DNA from: an uncultured Bacteroidales bacterium
GTDB lineage: Bacteria; Bacteroidota; Bacteroidia; Bacteroidales; WCHB1-69
Direction of reading: 5' to 3'
DNA: 64,000 nt
Assembly: GCA_905233585.1 (NCBI GenBank)
Contig: CAJOFD010000004.1
Span: forward strand, 14,374-78,373
Shown: positions 10,168 through 20,826 of the stretch, in pieces
How positions within the stretch are numbered: the stretch's first letter is position 1
Layout: every line of letters starts with the position of its first letter
The notes under the pieces: model-generated
The model's input: the letters and a program-made list of their open reading frames with translations, nothing else
What the model was told of the DNA's origin: nothing
Database searches by the model: none
Made by a program: the position numbers and the translations under genes

Positions 10168-10647
10168 ATGGAAAAAAAAAGGAATTTATCTCAATATAAA
10201 GAGGAAGAAATCCCTTTTAGTGATGATAAACACCATACTATTGCTATTGTTGTAGCGGAGTGGAATAGTGAAATCACTTATTCCATGAAAGATGCTTGTA
10301 TTGATACATTGTTGCAACATGGTGTCAAACGAAATCAAATTATAGTAAAGCAGGTTGCTGGTAGTTTTGAGTTACCTTTTGTCGCCAAACAAGTGATATT
10401 GCATCAAAATGCCGATGCTGTTATTTGTATTGGCTGCATTATTCAGGGAGAGACCCGACATTTTGATTTTATAGCCCAAGCAACCGCCAATGGCATTATG
10501 AATGTTGGTTTGGAATGTAATGTGCCTGTTATTTTTGGTGTTTTGACAACCAACAATATGCAACAAGCCATTGACAGAGCTGGTGGCAAGCATGGAAACA
10601 AAGGAACAGAAGCCGCTGTTACGTGTTTGAAAATGCTTTCTTTGTAA
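10168..10647 (+). CDS. ribH: 6,7-dimethyl-8-ribityllumazine synthase
   Basis: IAIVVAEWNSEIT, VAGSFELPF, IGCIIQGETRHFDFI, and VPVIFGVLTT...A.DRAG are hallmark RibH motifs. Confidence 0.9.
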   Translation: MEKKRNLSQYKEEEIPFSDDKHHTIAIVVAEWNSEITYSMKDACIDTLLQHGVKRNQIIVKQVAGSFELPFVAKQVILHQNADAVICIGCIIQGETRHFDFIAQATANGIMNVGLECNVPVIFGVLTTNNMQQAIDRAGGKHGNKGTEAAVTCLKMLSL

Positions 10648-10670
10648 ATTTTTATAAAACAGAAATTACT

Positions 10671-11630
10671 ATGCGTATTGTTTTTATGGGAACCCCTGAT
10701 TTTGCCACAGGAATATTGTCGGCTATTGTTGAAGATGGTTCTCATGAAGTTTGTGCAGTGGTTACAGCTACAGACAAACAAGCGGGTAGGGGTATGCATG
10801 TGCAATATTCATCGGTGAAACAATATGCTTTGTCTAAAAATCTGCCTATTATTCAGCCTACAAAACTAAAAGATGCGGATTTTGTAGCTCAACTCAAGCA
10901 GTTAAATGCGGATATGTTTGTTGTTGTTGCCTTTAGAATGTTGCCTGAGGTTGTATGGTCTATTCCACCCAAAGGGACATGTAATCTGCACGCTTCGCTT
11001 TTGCCGCAATATCGTGGTGCCGCACCAATCAATTGGGCTATTATAAATGGTGAAACAACTACAGGGGTTACCACATTTCTTATTAATAGTGAAATAGATA
11101 AAGGTAAGATTATTCTTAAACAAGAGGTCGAAATTTTACCACAGGATACGGCCGGAACTTTGCATGATAAACTTTTAGACCAAGGCAAAATATTGATGTT
11201 GAAAACCTTAAATGATATTGAAAGGGAGATAGTGGTTTTGCAAGAGCAACCAGAAATAACTGAAAAACCTGCCCCTAAAATATATAAAGAAGATTGTTTA
11301 ATCAATTTTTCGTGGACTGTCAAACAAGTGTATGATTTTGTGCGTGGTATGTCTCCATATCCTGCTGCCCATTTGTTCTATCTTGATGATAAAAATGAAC
11401 CCAAAATGATGAAAATTTTTGAGTGTACTTATCAAGAAGAAGAAGTCAATGTTGCCCCCGGTATTATGCAGTCAGATGACAAAAATATGCTATCTATTTC
11501 ATGCACAAATGGCTATGTTTTTATCAAAAATCTGCAATTAGTTGGAAAAAAACGCATGAATATCATGGATTTTTTGCGTGGAAATAAGGGATTTAATGGT
11601 AAAAAATGCCTAAATAGCAACAATTTATAA
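10671..11630 (+). CDS. fmt: Methionyl-tRNA formyltransferase
   Basis: MRIVFMGTPDFA..., VVVAFRMLP, NLHASLLPQYRGAAPINWAIINGE. The ATG at 10671 is preferred because the ORF-track start at 10623 overlaps ribH. Confidence 0.9.
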   Translation: MRIVFMGTPDFATGILSAIVEDGSHEVCAVVTATDKQAGRGMHVQYSSVKQYALSKNLPIIQPTKLKDADFVAQLKQLNADMFVVVAFRMLPEVVWSIPPKGTCNLHASLLPQYRGAAPINWAIINGETTTGVTTFLINSEIDKGKIILKQEVEILPQDTAGTLHDKLLDQGKILMLKTLNDIEREIVVLQEQPEITEKPAPKIYKEDCLINFSWTVKQVYDFVRGMSPYPAAHLFYLDDKNEPKMMKIFECTYQEEEVNVAPGIMQSDDKNMLSISCTNGYVFIKNLQLVGKKRMNIMDFLRGNKGFNGKKCLNSNNL

Positions 11631-11690
11631 TTGATAATCAATTATTTGTATTTTTTTTGCGAAAAAAGTTGCAAATAATAAAAAAAATTA

Positions 11691-11698
11691 TATATTTG
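11691..11698 (+). promoter_or_regulatory. Bacteroidota -7 box TATATTTG
   Basis: TAnnTTTG 30 nt upstream of the hup ATG. Confidence 0.5.
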
Positions 11699-11727
11699 CG
11701 ATATAAAACTTTCAAAATTTTTTAGAT

Positions 11728-12006
11728 ATGAATAAAGCAGAATTAATTGACGCAATGGTAGCTGAAACAGGCTTAATGAAAAAAGATGTAAAAGCTGTTG
11801 TTGAATCTTTTGTTAATGTAACAACAAAAGAATTGAAGAAAAAAGATGGTAGAGTATGTATCCCAGGTTTTATTACCGCAACTGCAATTCAACGTCCTGC
11901 TCGCAAAGGTAGAAACGTTCGTACTGGTGCTGTTATCAAAGTGCCTGCAAAAAGAGTTGTTAAATTCAAAGCTGGTTCTACTTTAGCAGAAGCAATAAAA
12001 AAATAA
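11728..12006 (+). CDS. hup: HU-family DNA-binding protein
   Basis: MNKAELIDAMVAETGL...GF..F......AR.GRN..TG..I.VPAKRVVKFKAG is the canonical HU/IHF fold signature. Confidence 0.9.
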   Translation: MNKAELIDAMVAETGLMKKDVKAVVESFVNVTTKELKKKDGRVCIPGFITATAIQRPARKGRNVRTGAVIKVPAKRVVKFKAGSTLAEAIKK

Positions 12007-12032
12007 TTATTGTTTCCGAATTTTTATCACAA

Positions 12033-12070
12033 AAATCTGCTTCAATACTCAAGAAGCAGATTTTTTTTTG
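12033..12070 (+). terminator. Rho-independent terminator of hup
   Basis: AAATCTGCTTC-(9 nt)-GAAGCAGATTT followed by a T-run. Confidence 0.8.
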
Positions 12071-12097
12071 ATAGAATAAAGATTTATTTGTTAAAAT

Positions 12098-12769
12098 ATG
12101 AATGATTTAATTGCTTCTTTAAAAGAATATATTTCAGAAGAGCGTTTTAAAAAGATTGAAATGATTAGTGCCAATCGCACTAATCATGTAACCATAGCCG
12201 TTGAAAACCTTTATCAAAGTCATAATATGAGTGCTGTGCTACGCACCGCAGAATGTTTGGGTATTCAAAATGTACATATTATAGAAAACAGTTTTCAATA
12301 TCAGATAAACAAAGAAGTGTCAATGGGTTCTGACAAATGGTTAACTATTCATCGTTATAATGGTAAACCCGACAATACGCAGGCATGTCTGCAACACTTA
12401 AAACAACAAGGGTATAAATTGGTAGCAACAATGCCATCGGAAAAGGATACAATGATAGATGATATTGATATTTCAATGCCGACAGCCTTTGTTTTTGGAA
12501 CAGAATTATTGGGGCTGAGTCAAGAGGCGATAACTATGGCCGATGAATTTGTGAAAATACCTATGTATGGATTTACGGAAAGTTACAATATTTCTGTTTC
12601 TGTTGCCTTGACAATGATGAATGTTTGCCAAAGATTGCGAAAATCGGATATAAATTGGCGTTTGTCAGACAATGAAATTATGGCATTGCGTTTGGAATGG
12701 GTGAAAAAAAGCATAAAAGATGTTGATGGGATTTTGAAACGATACAGTGAGCAAAATGTACCAAAATAA
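12098..12769 (+). CDS. SpoU/TrmH-family tRNA/rRNA 2'-O-ribose methyltransferase
   Basis: NHVTIAVENLYQSHNMSAVLRTAECLG, FVFGTELLGLS, IPMYGFTESYNISVSVAL (SPOUT motifs 1-3). Confidence 0.8.
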   Translation: MNDLIASLKEYISEERFKKIEMISANRTNHVTIAVENLYQSHNMSAVLRTAECLGIQNVHIIENSFQYQINKEVSMGSDKWLTIHRYNGKPDNTQACLQHLKQQGYKLVATMPSEKDTMIDDIDISMPTAFVFGTELLGLSQEAITMADEFVKIPMYGFTESYNISVSVALTMMNVCQRLRKSDINWRLSDNEIMALRLEWVKKSIKDVDGILKRYSEQNVPK

Positions 12770-12941
12770 AAGTGAATTTTTCTCTAAAAAGATATAAAAA
12801 AGGGAGTTGTTTTTTTTAAAAAAAGTCCATATTTAATCATATAATTATATTGTTAAAGATATTAAATAGTTGATTTTTATTTGTTTATATGTTTTTTTGA
12901 AAAAAAAGATAAAAAAAGGCAAAAGGATAAGAAAAAAATTG

Positions 12942-12949
12942 TACCTTTG
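12942..12949 (+). promoter_or_regulatory. Bacteroidota -7 box TACCTTTG (tRNA-His / rpmE2 promoter)
   Basis: TAnnTTTG 16 nt upstream of the tRNA-His 5' end. Confidence 0.55.
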
Positions 12950-12964
12950 CACCACAGAAATCAC

Positions 12965-13039
12965 GGTGGGTATAGCTCAGCTGGTTAGAGTGCCGGATTG
13001 TGGTTCCGAAGGTCGTGGGTTCGAATCCCACTTCCCACC
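12965..13039 (+). tRNA. tRNA-His (anticodon GTG)
   Basis: GGTGGGTATAGCTCAGCTGGTTAGAGT...CCGGATTGTGGTTCCGA...GTGGGTTCGAATCCCACTTCCCACC. Anticodon loop TTGTGGT. The extra 5' G (G-1) opposite discriminator C is the tRNA-His hallmark. Confidence 0.9.
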
Positions 13040-13091
13040 CAAAAGGTTCTCTTTCAAGGAGAGCAAACAAACACTTAAAAATATAAAAATA

Positions 13092-13361
13092 ATGAAAAAA
13101 GGAATTCATCCAAAAGAGTATAGATTTGTAGTTTTTAAAGATATGTCTAATGATGTGGCTTTTTTGAGTAAATCCACCATCAATACAAAAGACACTATTG
13201 TTTGGGAAGATGGAAACGAATATCCATTAGTAAAATTGGAAATATCCAACACTTCACATCCTTTCTTTACAGGAAAAATGAAATTGGTGGATACTGCAGG
13301 GCGTGTGGATAAATTTATGAATAAATATAAAAACCACCTGCAAAAGAAAAATCAAAAATAA
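13092..13361 (+). CDS. rpmE2: 50S ribosomal protein L31 type B
   Basis: [15 protein letters not shown]...SHPFFTGK...[10 protein letters not shown]. It lacks the CxxC zinc motif, so it is type B. The upstream part of the ORF-track ORF (12870-13091) runs through tRNA-His and is spurious. Confidence 0.85.
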   Translation: MKKGIHPKEYRFVVFKDMSNDVAFLSKSTINTKDTIVWEDGNEYPLVKLEISNTSHPFFTGKMKLVDTAGRVDKFMNKYKNHLQKKNQK

Positions 13362-13392
13362 GGTAAGTAGTAGTTTTTTTTCATAGTTTTTT

Positions 13393-13425
13393 ACCATCCT
13401 ACTCTCGTAGGGTGGTATTTTTTTA
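13393..13425 (+). terminator. Rho-independent terminator of rpmE2
   Basis: ACCATCCTAC-tctc-GTAGGGTGGT followed by ATTTTTTT. Confidence 0.8.
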
Positions 13426-13460
13426 TTAATGGTTATCAGAAACCTTTGAAATAAGAAATA

Positions 13461-14558
13461 TTATTTAGGGCTGATATAAATGAGTACTCCCGACAAGGCG
13501 GCATAAAGAATGTTGGGGGTCCATGCTGCCCAAAATGGAGAAAAACCGCCATAAATGGCAAACATCTGTGAAATTTGCAACAGCATGATAAATGAAAATG
13601 CGATAACAAATCCCATTAATAAATGTAATCCTGTACCTTGTCTGGATTTGCGGCTGGAAACGCAAAAACCGATTATGGTTAAAATTATTGTGGCAAAGGG
13701 AAAGGCTATTCGCCTATGTTTTTCAAATTCGTAACTTTTGACCATTGGAGAGCCTTTGGCAATTTCTTCATTGATAAATTGGCGGAGTTCTTGGGAGTTC
13801 ATCAAAGCGATTCCATCTTTAATATAAACAAAATCAGATATTTGTATGTTTAACGAGGTGTCTAAAGTTTCGCCTTCCAACAAACGTTCTTCTTTGCCGT
13901 CAAACCATCGGATAAGGTAGGTCCCCAATTGCCATTGTTGGTTGGTTGAATCCCATTGTATAACCTGTGAACGCAATTTGTATGATATGCCATTGGGAGA
14001 TATGGTTTCATACCAAAAATTAAATCCCATATTGTTTTTATTGTCCCAATAGTGTATATATGCATAGGTGTTTTTGTCTAATTTGATATGATTGTCCACT
14101 TCTTTGCTTCTGATTTGTCGGGAAACATATTTTTCTTTGAACAGCATCATATTTTTGGAGGTTTGGGGAATAAGAGAATTTGTTAAATACAATGAGAATA
14201 AACCAATACAAATTGCTGAAAAAACATAGGGGACCATTAGCCTGTAAAAACTAACTCCCGCATTGAGAATGGCAACAATTTCTGTATTGACAGATAAGCG
14301 TGAAGTAAAATAAATGACTGCTACAAATGTAAATAAGGGGCTGAATGTGTTTGCAAAGTAGGGGATAAAATTGAGATAATAATTGAAAAATATATCTTTA
14401 AAAGGAGCATTCCCATCTAGAAAATCTTGAATATTTTCCGCTAAATCAATAACAACTACAATCAAGAGTAGGAGGGAAAGAACGACAAAAAAAGTCCCTA
14501 AAAACTTTTTGACAATGTATAAATCTATCAAATAGGGGTGTCTTTTGAGGTGATTCAT
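13461..14558 (-). CDS. LptF/LptG-family (YjgP/YjgQ) permease
   Basis: 365 aa. N-terminal LIDLYIVKKFLGTFF motif, three TM segments, a periplasmic beta-jellyroll region, then three more TM segments. Confidence 0.8.
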   Translation of the reverse strand: MNHLKRHPYLIDLYIVKKFLGTFFVVLSLLLLIVVVIDLAENIQDFLDGNAPFKDIFFNYYLNFIPYFANTFSPLFTFVAVIYFTSRLSVNTEIVAILNAGVSFYRLMVPYVFSAICIGLFSLYLTNSLIPQTSKNMMLFKEKYVSRQIRSKEVDNHIKLDKNTYAYIHYWDNKNNMGFNFWYETISPNGISYKLRSQVIQWDSTNQQWQLGTYLIRWFDGKEERLLEGETLDTSLNIQISDFVYIKDGIALMNSQELRQFINEEIAKGSPMVKSYEFEKHRRIAFPFATIILTIIGFCVSSRKSRQGTGLHLLMGFVIAFSFIMLLQISQMFAIYGGFSPFWAAWTPNILYAALSGVLIYISPK

Positions 14559-14575
14559 GTCGTTGTTAAGTTTGT

Positions 14576-15226
14576 TTAAATAATCACTCCGTCTTGTAGG
14601 TGTAAAACTTTATCAGCGATATTTACCAACGATTGACTATGGGTAACAATGACAAAGGTTTGTTTAAACTGTTTTTTCAGGGTAACGAACAATTGGTGTA
14701 ATTCTGCGGCATTTTCAGCGTCAAGGTTTCCCGAAGGTTCATCGGCAAAAATGACAGATGGTTTGTTTATCAAAGCACGAGCAACAGCAATACGTTGTTG
14801 CTCGCCTCCCGATAATTCCAATGGTTTGTGGTTTGCCCGATTGGTCAATGAAAATATTTCCAATAATTGCATAGCCTCTTTTTCGGTTTCTTTTTTTGAT
14901 TTTCCGCTTATCAAGGCTGGCAAACAAATATTTTCAATGGCCGTAAATTCCGGCAAAAGATGGTGAAATTGAAAGACAAATCCAATGTGTTGATTTCGAA
15001 ATTTAGATAATTTTGTATCTGACATTTTAAAAACATCTTCACCGTTAATCAAAACTTGTCCGCCATTAGGTTTGTCCAAAGTGCCTAAAATGTGCAACAA
15101 AGTAGATTTGCCTGCTCCCGATGCACCTGTTAGGCAAACAATAGTTTCTGCCTCTACTTGAAGATTTATGCCTTTTAAAACCGCTAATTCTCCATAAGAT
15201 TTTATGACATTGTTGGCAACAATCAT
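14576..15226 (-). CDS. ABC transporter ATP-binding protein, LolD-like
   Basis: Walker A GASGAGKST, signature LSGGEQQRIAVARAL, Walker B VIFADEPSGNLD, and FVFQFHHLLPEFTAIEN typical of the LolD/MacB clade. Confidence 0.85.
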   Translation of the reverse strand: MIVANNVIKSYGELAVLKGINLQVEAETIVCLTGASGAGKSTLLHILGTLDKPNGGQVLINGEDVFKMSDTKLSKFRNQHIGFVFQFHHLLPEFTAIENICLPALISGKSKKETEKEAMQLLEIFSLTNRANHKPLELSGGEQQRIAVARALINKPSVIFADEPSGNLDAENAAELHQLFVTLKKQFKQTFVIVTHSQSLVNIADKVLHLQDGVII

Positions 15227-15231
15227 TTCAG

Positions 15232-16506
<1,275 letters not shown>

Positions 16507-16529
16507 TTAGATTTTTTATGTTAATGTTT

Positions 16530-17924
16530 TTAATGATTTTCTTGCATAAGTGTTTCAATCTCGGCAACAGATTTTGCCAAAGGTTGTCCTAAAACGCGAC
16601 AGCCATTGTCTGTGATAAGAATATCGTCTTCAATACGGATGCCGCCGAAATTGAGATATTCCCTTACTTTTGAATAATTGATATATTGGGTGAATTTTTG
16701 TTCACGCTCCCAAATGTCAATTAATTGAGGAATAAAATAAATACCGGGTTCAACGGTTACAATGAATCCCTTTTGTAATTTTCTACCACACCTGAGACTT
16801 GCATGTCCGAAAATATTGCTTCTTTGTGTTTGTTCGTCATAGCCGACAAAATTTTCGCCTAAATCTTCCATGTCATGTACATCAAGACCGAGCATGTGTC
16901 CTAAACCATGAGGCATAAACAAAGCATGAGCCCCTTCTTGGGCAGCGGCTTTGTAGTCGCCTTTCATGAGACCAAGTTGTGTTAAGCCTTCGGAAATAAT
17001 GGTAGTAGCATTCAAATGTATGTTCCAATAGGGTATGCCCGCTTGGGCTGTTCTAATACTTTCCATATTGGCTTTAAGAACAATTTCGTATATTTCCTTT
17101 TGTTTTTGTGAAAATTTCCCATTAACGGGTATTGTTCTTGTATAGTCAGATGAATAGCCACTCACGCTTTCGGCTCCCATATCCGTCAGTAACAATCTGC
17201 CATCGGTGAGTATTTGTTCATGATTGTGATTGTGTAGTGTTTGTCCGTCTTGCGAAAGGATAACAGGAAAAGAATAACCATTGCCGTACGACAGAGATAT
17301 GCCCTCTGCAATGCCCGCTAATTCCCGTTCTGTTTTTCCAATGCGACAGTCTTTCATTACAGCCGTATGCATCATGACACCGATGTCGCAAATTTTGTCC
17401 ATTTCTTTGATTTCCTCTTCGCCTTTTATCGCACGAAGTGCAACAATGGCCTTGATTAATTCTGTAGAAACCTGTGCTGGTATGTTTTCTATGGCAATGC
17501 CTGTGATAAGGCTTAAAAATATCTTGTTGTCAGCACGATAAGGAGGCAGAAAATGTACCTTCCGACCGCTTTTTTGTACTTGGGAAATATAAGTGGTCAG
17601 TTTGTCCATACCTTGCACGTTGGCAACACCGCAACGTGCCGCCAAATCACCGATTGTAGGTTGATTGCCCATCCAAATAATATCATCAATGGTAAAATCA
17701 TCGCCGAAAATAAAGTCTTTATCTTCATCGAAATCGATTACTCCAACCATACCCGGCATTTGAAGTCCGAAAAAATAAATGAAATTGCTATCCTGTCTGT
17801 AACGATATGTGTTTGAAGGATAGTTCATTGGAGCTTCATTGTTGGTGAGAAAAACCGCTATGCCATGTTTTATTTGTTGGCGAAGTTTGTTTCTTCTTTC
17901 AATATAAATGTCTTTTGTAAACAT
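16530..17924 (-). CDS. Xaa-Pro aminopeptidase (M24B family)
   Basis: M24 metal-ligand motifs DMGAE...GYSSDYTRT, HGLGHMLGLDVHD, VTVEPGIY, IRIEDD. The start at MFTKDIY (17924) lies downstream of a TATCTTTG -7 box on the minus strand at about 17950. Confidence 0.85.
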   Translation of the reverse strand: MFTKDIYIERRNKLRQQIKHGIAVFLTNNEAPMNYPSNTYRYRQDSNFIYFFGLQMPGMVGVIDFDEDKDFIFGDDFTIDDIIWMGNQPTIGDLAARCGVANVQGMDKLTTYISQVQKSGRKVHFLPPYRADNKIFLSLITGIAIENIPAQVSTELIKAIVALRAIKGEEEIKEMDKICDIGVMMHTAVMKDCRIGKTERELAGIAEGISLSYGNGYSFPVILSQDGQTLHNHNHEQILTDGRLLLTDMGAESVSGYSSDYTRTIPVNGKFSQKQKEIYEIVLKANMESIRTAQAGIPYWNIHLNATTIISEGLTQLGLMKGDYKAAAQEGAHALFMPHGLGHMLGLDVHDMEDLGENFVGYDEQTQRSNIFGHASLRCGRKLQKGFIVTVEPGIYFIPQLIDIWEREQKFTQYINYSKVREYLNFGGIRIEDDILITDNGCRVLGQPLAKSVAEIETLMQENH

Positions 17925-18113
17925 ATTCTTCTTTTTTTTGCACTCAACTTGCAAAGATAGCATAAAAAAATGAAATTGTCAAAGATTTCTTTTGAAGTGA
18001 AATTTTGGAAATTCAAATTTTTTTGAAAATTTAATGTATATATATAATGTATATATAATCTGCAGTGAAGTGGAGGTGGTTAGGAGTAGTCTGTGTATGG
18101 CTCTATCGGCTAA

Positions 18114-18278
18114 TGGTTTTTGTGTCAATCCAGCATGTCCGTACAATTAGGCAGCATTTTCAAAATAGAAGAAATGGAAGCCGACCACATAACACCGTGG
18201 TGCAAAGGCGGGCGTACTACGTGTGATAATTATCAGTTGCTTTGTCAAGATTACAATAGACGAAAGTCCAACAAATAA
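18114..18278 (+). pseudogene. C-terminal remnant of an HNH endonuclease domain
   Basis: A short stop-bounded frame reads ...IEEMEADHITPWCKGGRTTCDNYQLLCQDYNRRKSNK*. This is the (E)xDHIxPxxxGGxxxxxNxQxLCxxCNxxK HNH signature, but the upstream part of the protein is missing. Confidence 0.55.
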
Positions 18279-18335
18279 AAATAAAGAATGGCACTGAAAT
18301 AAATGATTATTCAAGTGCCAATTTATTTTATTCCG

Positions 18336-18409
18336 TACTACATGCGGGATTCGAACCCGCGATCTTCAGAATGAGAATCTGATGTCCTAGACCTCTAGAC
18401 GAATGTAGC
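18336..18409 (-). tRNA. tRNA-Glu (anticodon CTC)
   Basis: Reverse complement GCTACATTCGTCTAGAGGTCTAGGACATCAGATTCTCATTCTGAAGATCGCGGGTTCGAATCCCGCATGTAGTA. Anticodon loop TTCTCAT. Glu-type D-arm TCGTCTAGAGG. A TACTTTTG -7 box lies upstream on the minus strand (about 18433-18440). Confidence 0.85.
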
Positions 18410-18572
18410 GTATCTCAAAACGAGATTGCTGCAAAAGTAGCATTTTTTTTTATACCAAATGGCTTTATGCCACTTTATTTTTTTCAATAAAAACCTTGGG
18501 CAAAATGGGCAAACAATAATAAAATTTATGCTATCTTCGCAATATTGTTTTGAATTTTAAAATTGATTGAAA

Positions 18573-20822
18573 ATGAAGAAAAAAGTTGTAAAAATTATGC
18601 TTATCATCGTTGCAAGTTTGATAGCCTTGCTTGTACTTGTGGCTATTATTGCCCCTCCAATCGCACACCATTATATCGAAAAACATAGCAAAGAGTTGTG
18701 CAATCGTCAGGTGAAAATGGATAAGTTGAAAGCCAATATTTTTACCGGTCGGGCTAAAATCATCAACTTCTGTTCGTGGGAAGAAAACGATAAAGATGTT
18801 TTTTTTACCTTTGATACGTTGTCGGTTCAAATCAATTTGTTCAAGTTGCTTGCCAAAGAAGTGCGTTTGAACGAAATCACGCTTGTCGGTCATGATTTGC
18901 CGATATTGCAAGACGGCAGTCGTTTTAATTTTACCGATATGATAGAATTTTTCTCGACAGACGAACCTGATACAACACCATCGCAATGGGCGGTCAATTT
19001 GCGGAATATAAACATTAGAGACGGGCGGATATTGTATAAGGATATGCAACGAAACAGTCAATTTGACCTGAAAGATATTGCCATTTATATTCCGGGTGTG
19101 TATTTCGGTACGGAAAATACCCACGTCGGTTTGGATTTGAAATTTAACGATGGGGGGGCATTGAGCATGAAACTCTTGTATGCCTTGGAAAACAAGACAT
19201 TTGATTTATATGTTAATCTGCAAAAATTTGATATTGCCTCAATACAGCCTTATCTTCAAGAGGTGATGAATGTTAAAGATTTGCATGGCAAACTGACTAC
19301 AGACTTGCACCTGCAAGGCAATACAGAACATATTTTGGATATTTTGGCCGATGGTAGCATCAATTTGGAACAAATGCAGATAAGCAACGGCTATGGTGAA
19401 CAAATGGCTGCTTTTGACGATTTGACCATTCAAATAGGGCAAATCGATTTGCCGAAAAACAAATTCCATATCGATTCCATTGCTTTGAACGGTTTGGTGG
19501 TGAATATGGATATTTATCAAGACCATCAAACCTTTTCCAATTTGATGAAATTTACGGAAGCACAACCTCAAGACGAATCGGTAGGCGAGCAAACTCCTGT
19601 TGCCAAAGATACCAACAAGAGCCCGATGGATTTCAGGATAAACCGTATCAATTTGAACGACGGGGCTATCAGTTATAATGATTATACCTTGAAAACAGCC
19701 TTTAAATTTCCTGTCCGTCAAATCAGGCTCAATGCCACCGATGTGGATTTGAATACCTTGTCGCGGATGAATTTGGCGGCCACTCTGCCCGATGGCGGAA
19801 AGGTGATGGCCAATTGGCACGGCATACTCAACGGTTTGGCTTCGCATGAGTTGATATTACATATCAGCAATCTGAATTTGCGGCACGTTTCCCCTTACAG
19901 TGAACATTATTTAGCCTATCCGATAACCGATGGTATTTTTGCCTTTACGGGTTCTTACATTATCAAGAATGAATATCTGAACAGCAAAAACGAGATAGAC
20001 ATTCATAATTGTATGGTGGGTAAAAAAATGCCCGACCTGAAACCCGAATACAATATCCCCTTGCGGGTGGGCTTGTTTTTGCTGAAAGACAGAGAAGACA
20101 ATATCAAAATAGAACTGCCTGTAACGGGGCATATCAAAGACCCCAATTTCTCGTTCAGAAAAGTGATATGGAAAGCCTTTGTCAATTTGTTGGTAAAGGT
20201 GGCGACCGCTCCGGTAGATTTGGTGGCAAATGCTTTTGGCTTGAATGCCGATAATTTTAAAGATATGCCTTATGATATTTTTGCGGTGGATTTTACTTCC
20301 GAACAATATGAACAGTTCAAGAAAATGGCAGAAAGTCTGATAGACAAACCTTCATTTTCATTAACTCTTGTCCAACATTATGATTTGGAAAAGAACGCAA
20401 GAGATTTGTCGGTATTTTTGTTGAAAAAAGATTATTATTACACCCAAGTGGCTACCGACAAAGATGCCCAAAAGATGATTGTCTCGGATATAAACGAGAT
20501 AGAAAAAATATCTCTGAAATCCAAGGGTATGTCCGATTACCTGCGAGCCAAAGGCATAGACCCCGACAAAGACATCGCCCGACAGGCTCTTATGCAGGAT
20601 AGCGTGAAAATAACCCAAATGGCACAACAAAATGCGTCCATGAAAGCCGAACTTGTCCGCAAGGTGTTTGTGGAGACATACAGTTTTCCCGCCGACAAGT
20701 TTGAAATGACCACTTCCAACGAAAAACAAGCCAAAGAAGGACAAAATATTTTTGCTTTTGAGGTACATCATAACCCTTCAGATGAAGAAATAGACCGTTC
20801 AGCGGCACAAACAGAAGAATAG
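18573..20822 (+). CDS. DUF748/AsmA-like large membrane-anchored protein
   Basis: N-terminal TM anchor. Repeated modules of the type I.I.DG.I.Y.D......F.L.DI.L (for example NINIRDGRILYKDMQRNSQFDLKDIAIYI and INRINLNDGAISYNDYTLK) are characteristic of AsmA/DUF748 proteins. Confidence 0.65.
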   Translation: MKKKVVKIMLIIVASLIALLVLVAIIAPPIAHHYIEKHSKELCNRQVKMDKLKANIFTGRAKIINFCSWEENDKDVFFTFDTLSVQINLFKLLAKEVRLNEITLVGHDLPILQDGSRFNFTDMIEFFSTDEPDTTPSQWAVNLRNINIRDGRILYKDMQRNSQFDLKDIAIYIPGVYFGTENTHVGLDLKFNDGGALSMKLLYALENKTFDLYVNLQKFDIASIQPYLQEVMNVKDLHGKLTTDLHLQGNTEHILDILADGSINLEQMQISNGYGEQMAAFDDLTIQIGQIDLPKNKFHIDSIALNGLVVNMDIYQDHQTFSNLMKFTEAQPQDESVGEQTPVAKDTNKSPMDFRINRINLNDGAISYNDYTLKTAFKFPVRQIRLNATDVDLNTLSRMNLAATLPDGGKVMANWHGILNGLASHELILHISNLNLRHVSPYSEHYLAYPITDGIFAFTGSYIIKNEYLNSKNEIDIHNCMVGKKMPDLKPEYNIPLRVGLFLLKDREDNIKIELPVTGHIKDPNFSFRKVIWKAFVNLLVKVATAPVDLVANAFGLNADNFKDMPYDIFAVDFTSEQYEQFKKMAESLIDKPSFSLTLVQHYDLEKNARDLSVFLLKKDYYYTQVATDKDAQKMIVSDINEIEKISLKSKGMSDYLRAKGIDPDKDIARQALMQDSVKITQMAQQNASMKAELVRKVFVETYSFPADKFEMTTSNEKQAKEGQNIFAFEVHHNPSDEEIDRSAAQTEE

Positions 20823-20826
20823 AATT

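Noticed and set aside
12870-13091. An N-terminal extension of the L31 ORF appears in the ORF track.
   Set aside because: The extension runs straight through tRNA-His (12965-13039) and its promoter. The conserved L31 sequence begins at MKKGIHP (13092).
13461-15226. The LptF/G-like permease plus the LolD-like ATPase could form a novel transporter pairing.
   Set aside because: Adjacent placement of these housekeeping envelope genes is common. They are separated by 17 nt with no evidence of a dedicated new system, and the LolC/E-type permease is present elsewhere (42808-44028).
18042-18068. The AATGTATATATA direct duplication could be a target-site duplication.
   Set aside because: It is a low-complexity AT repeat with the copies adjacent rather than flanking anything. 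It is mentioned only as context for the HNH remnant.
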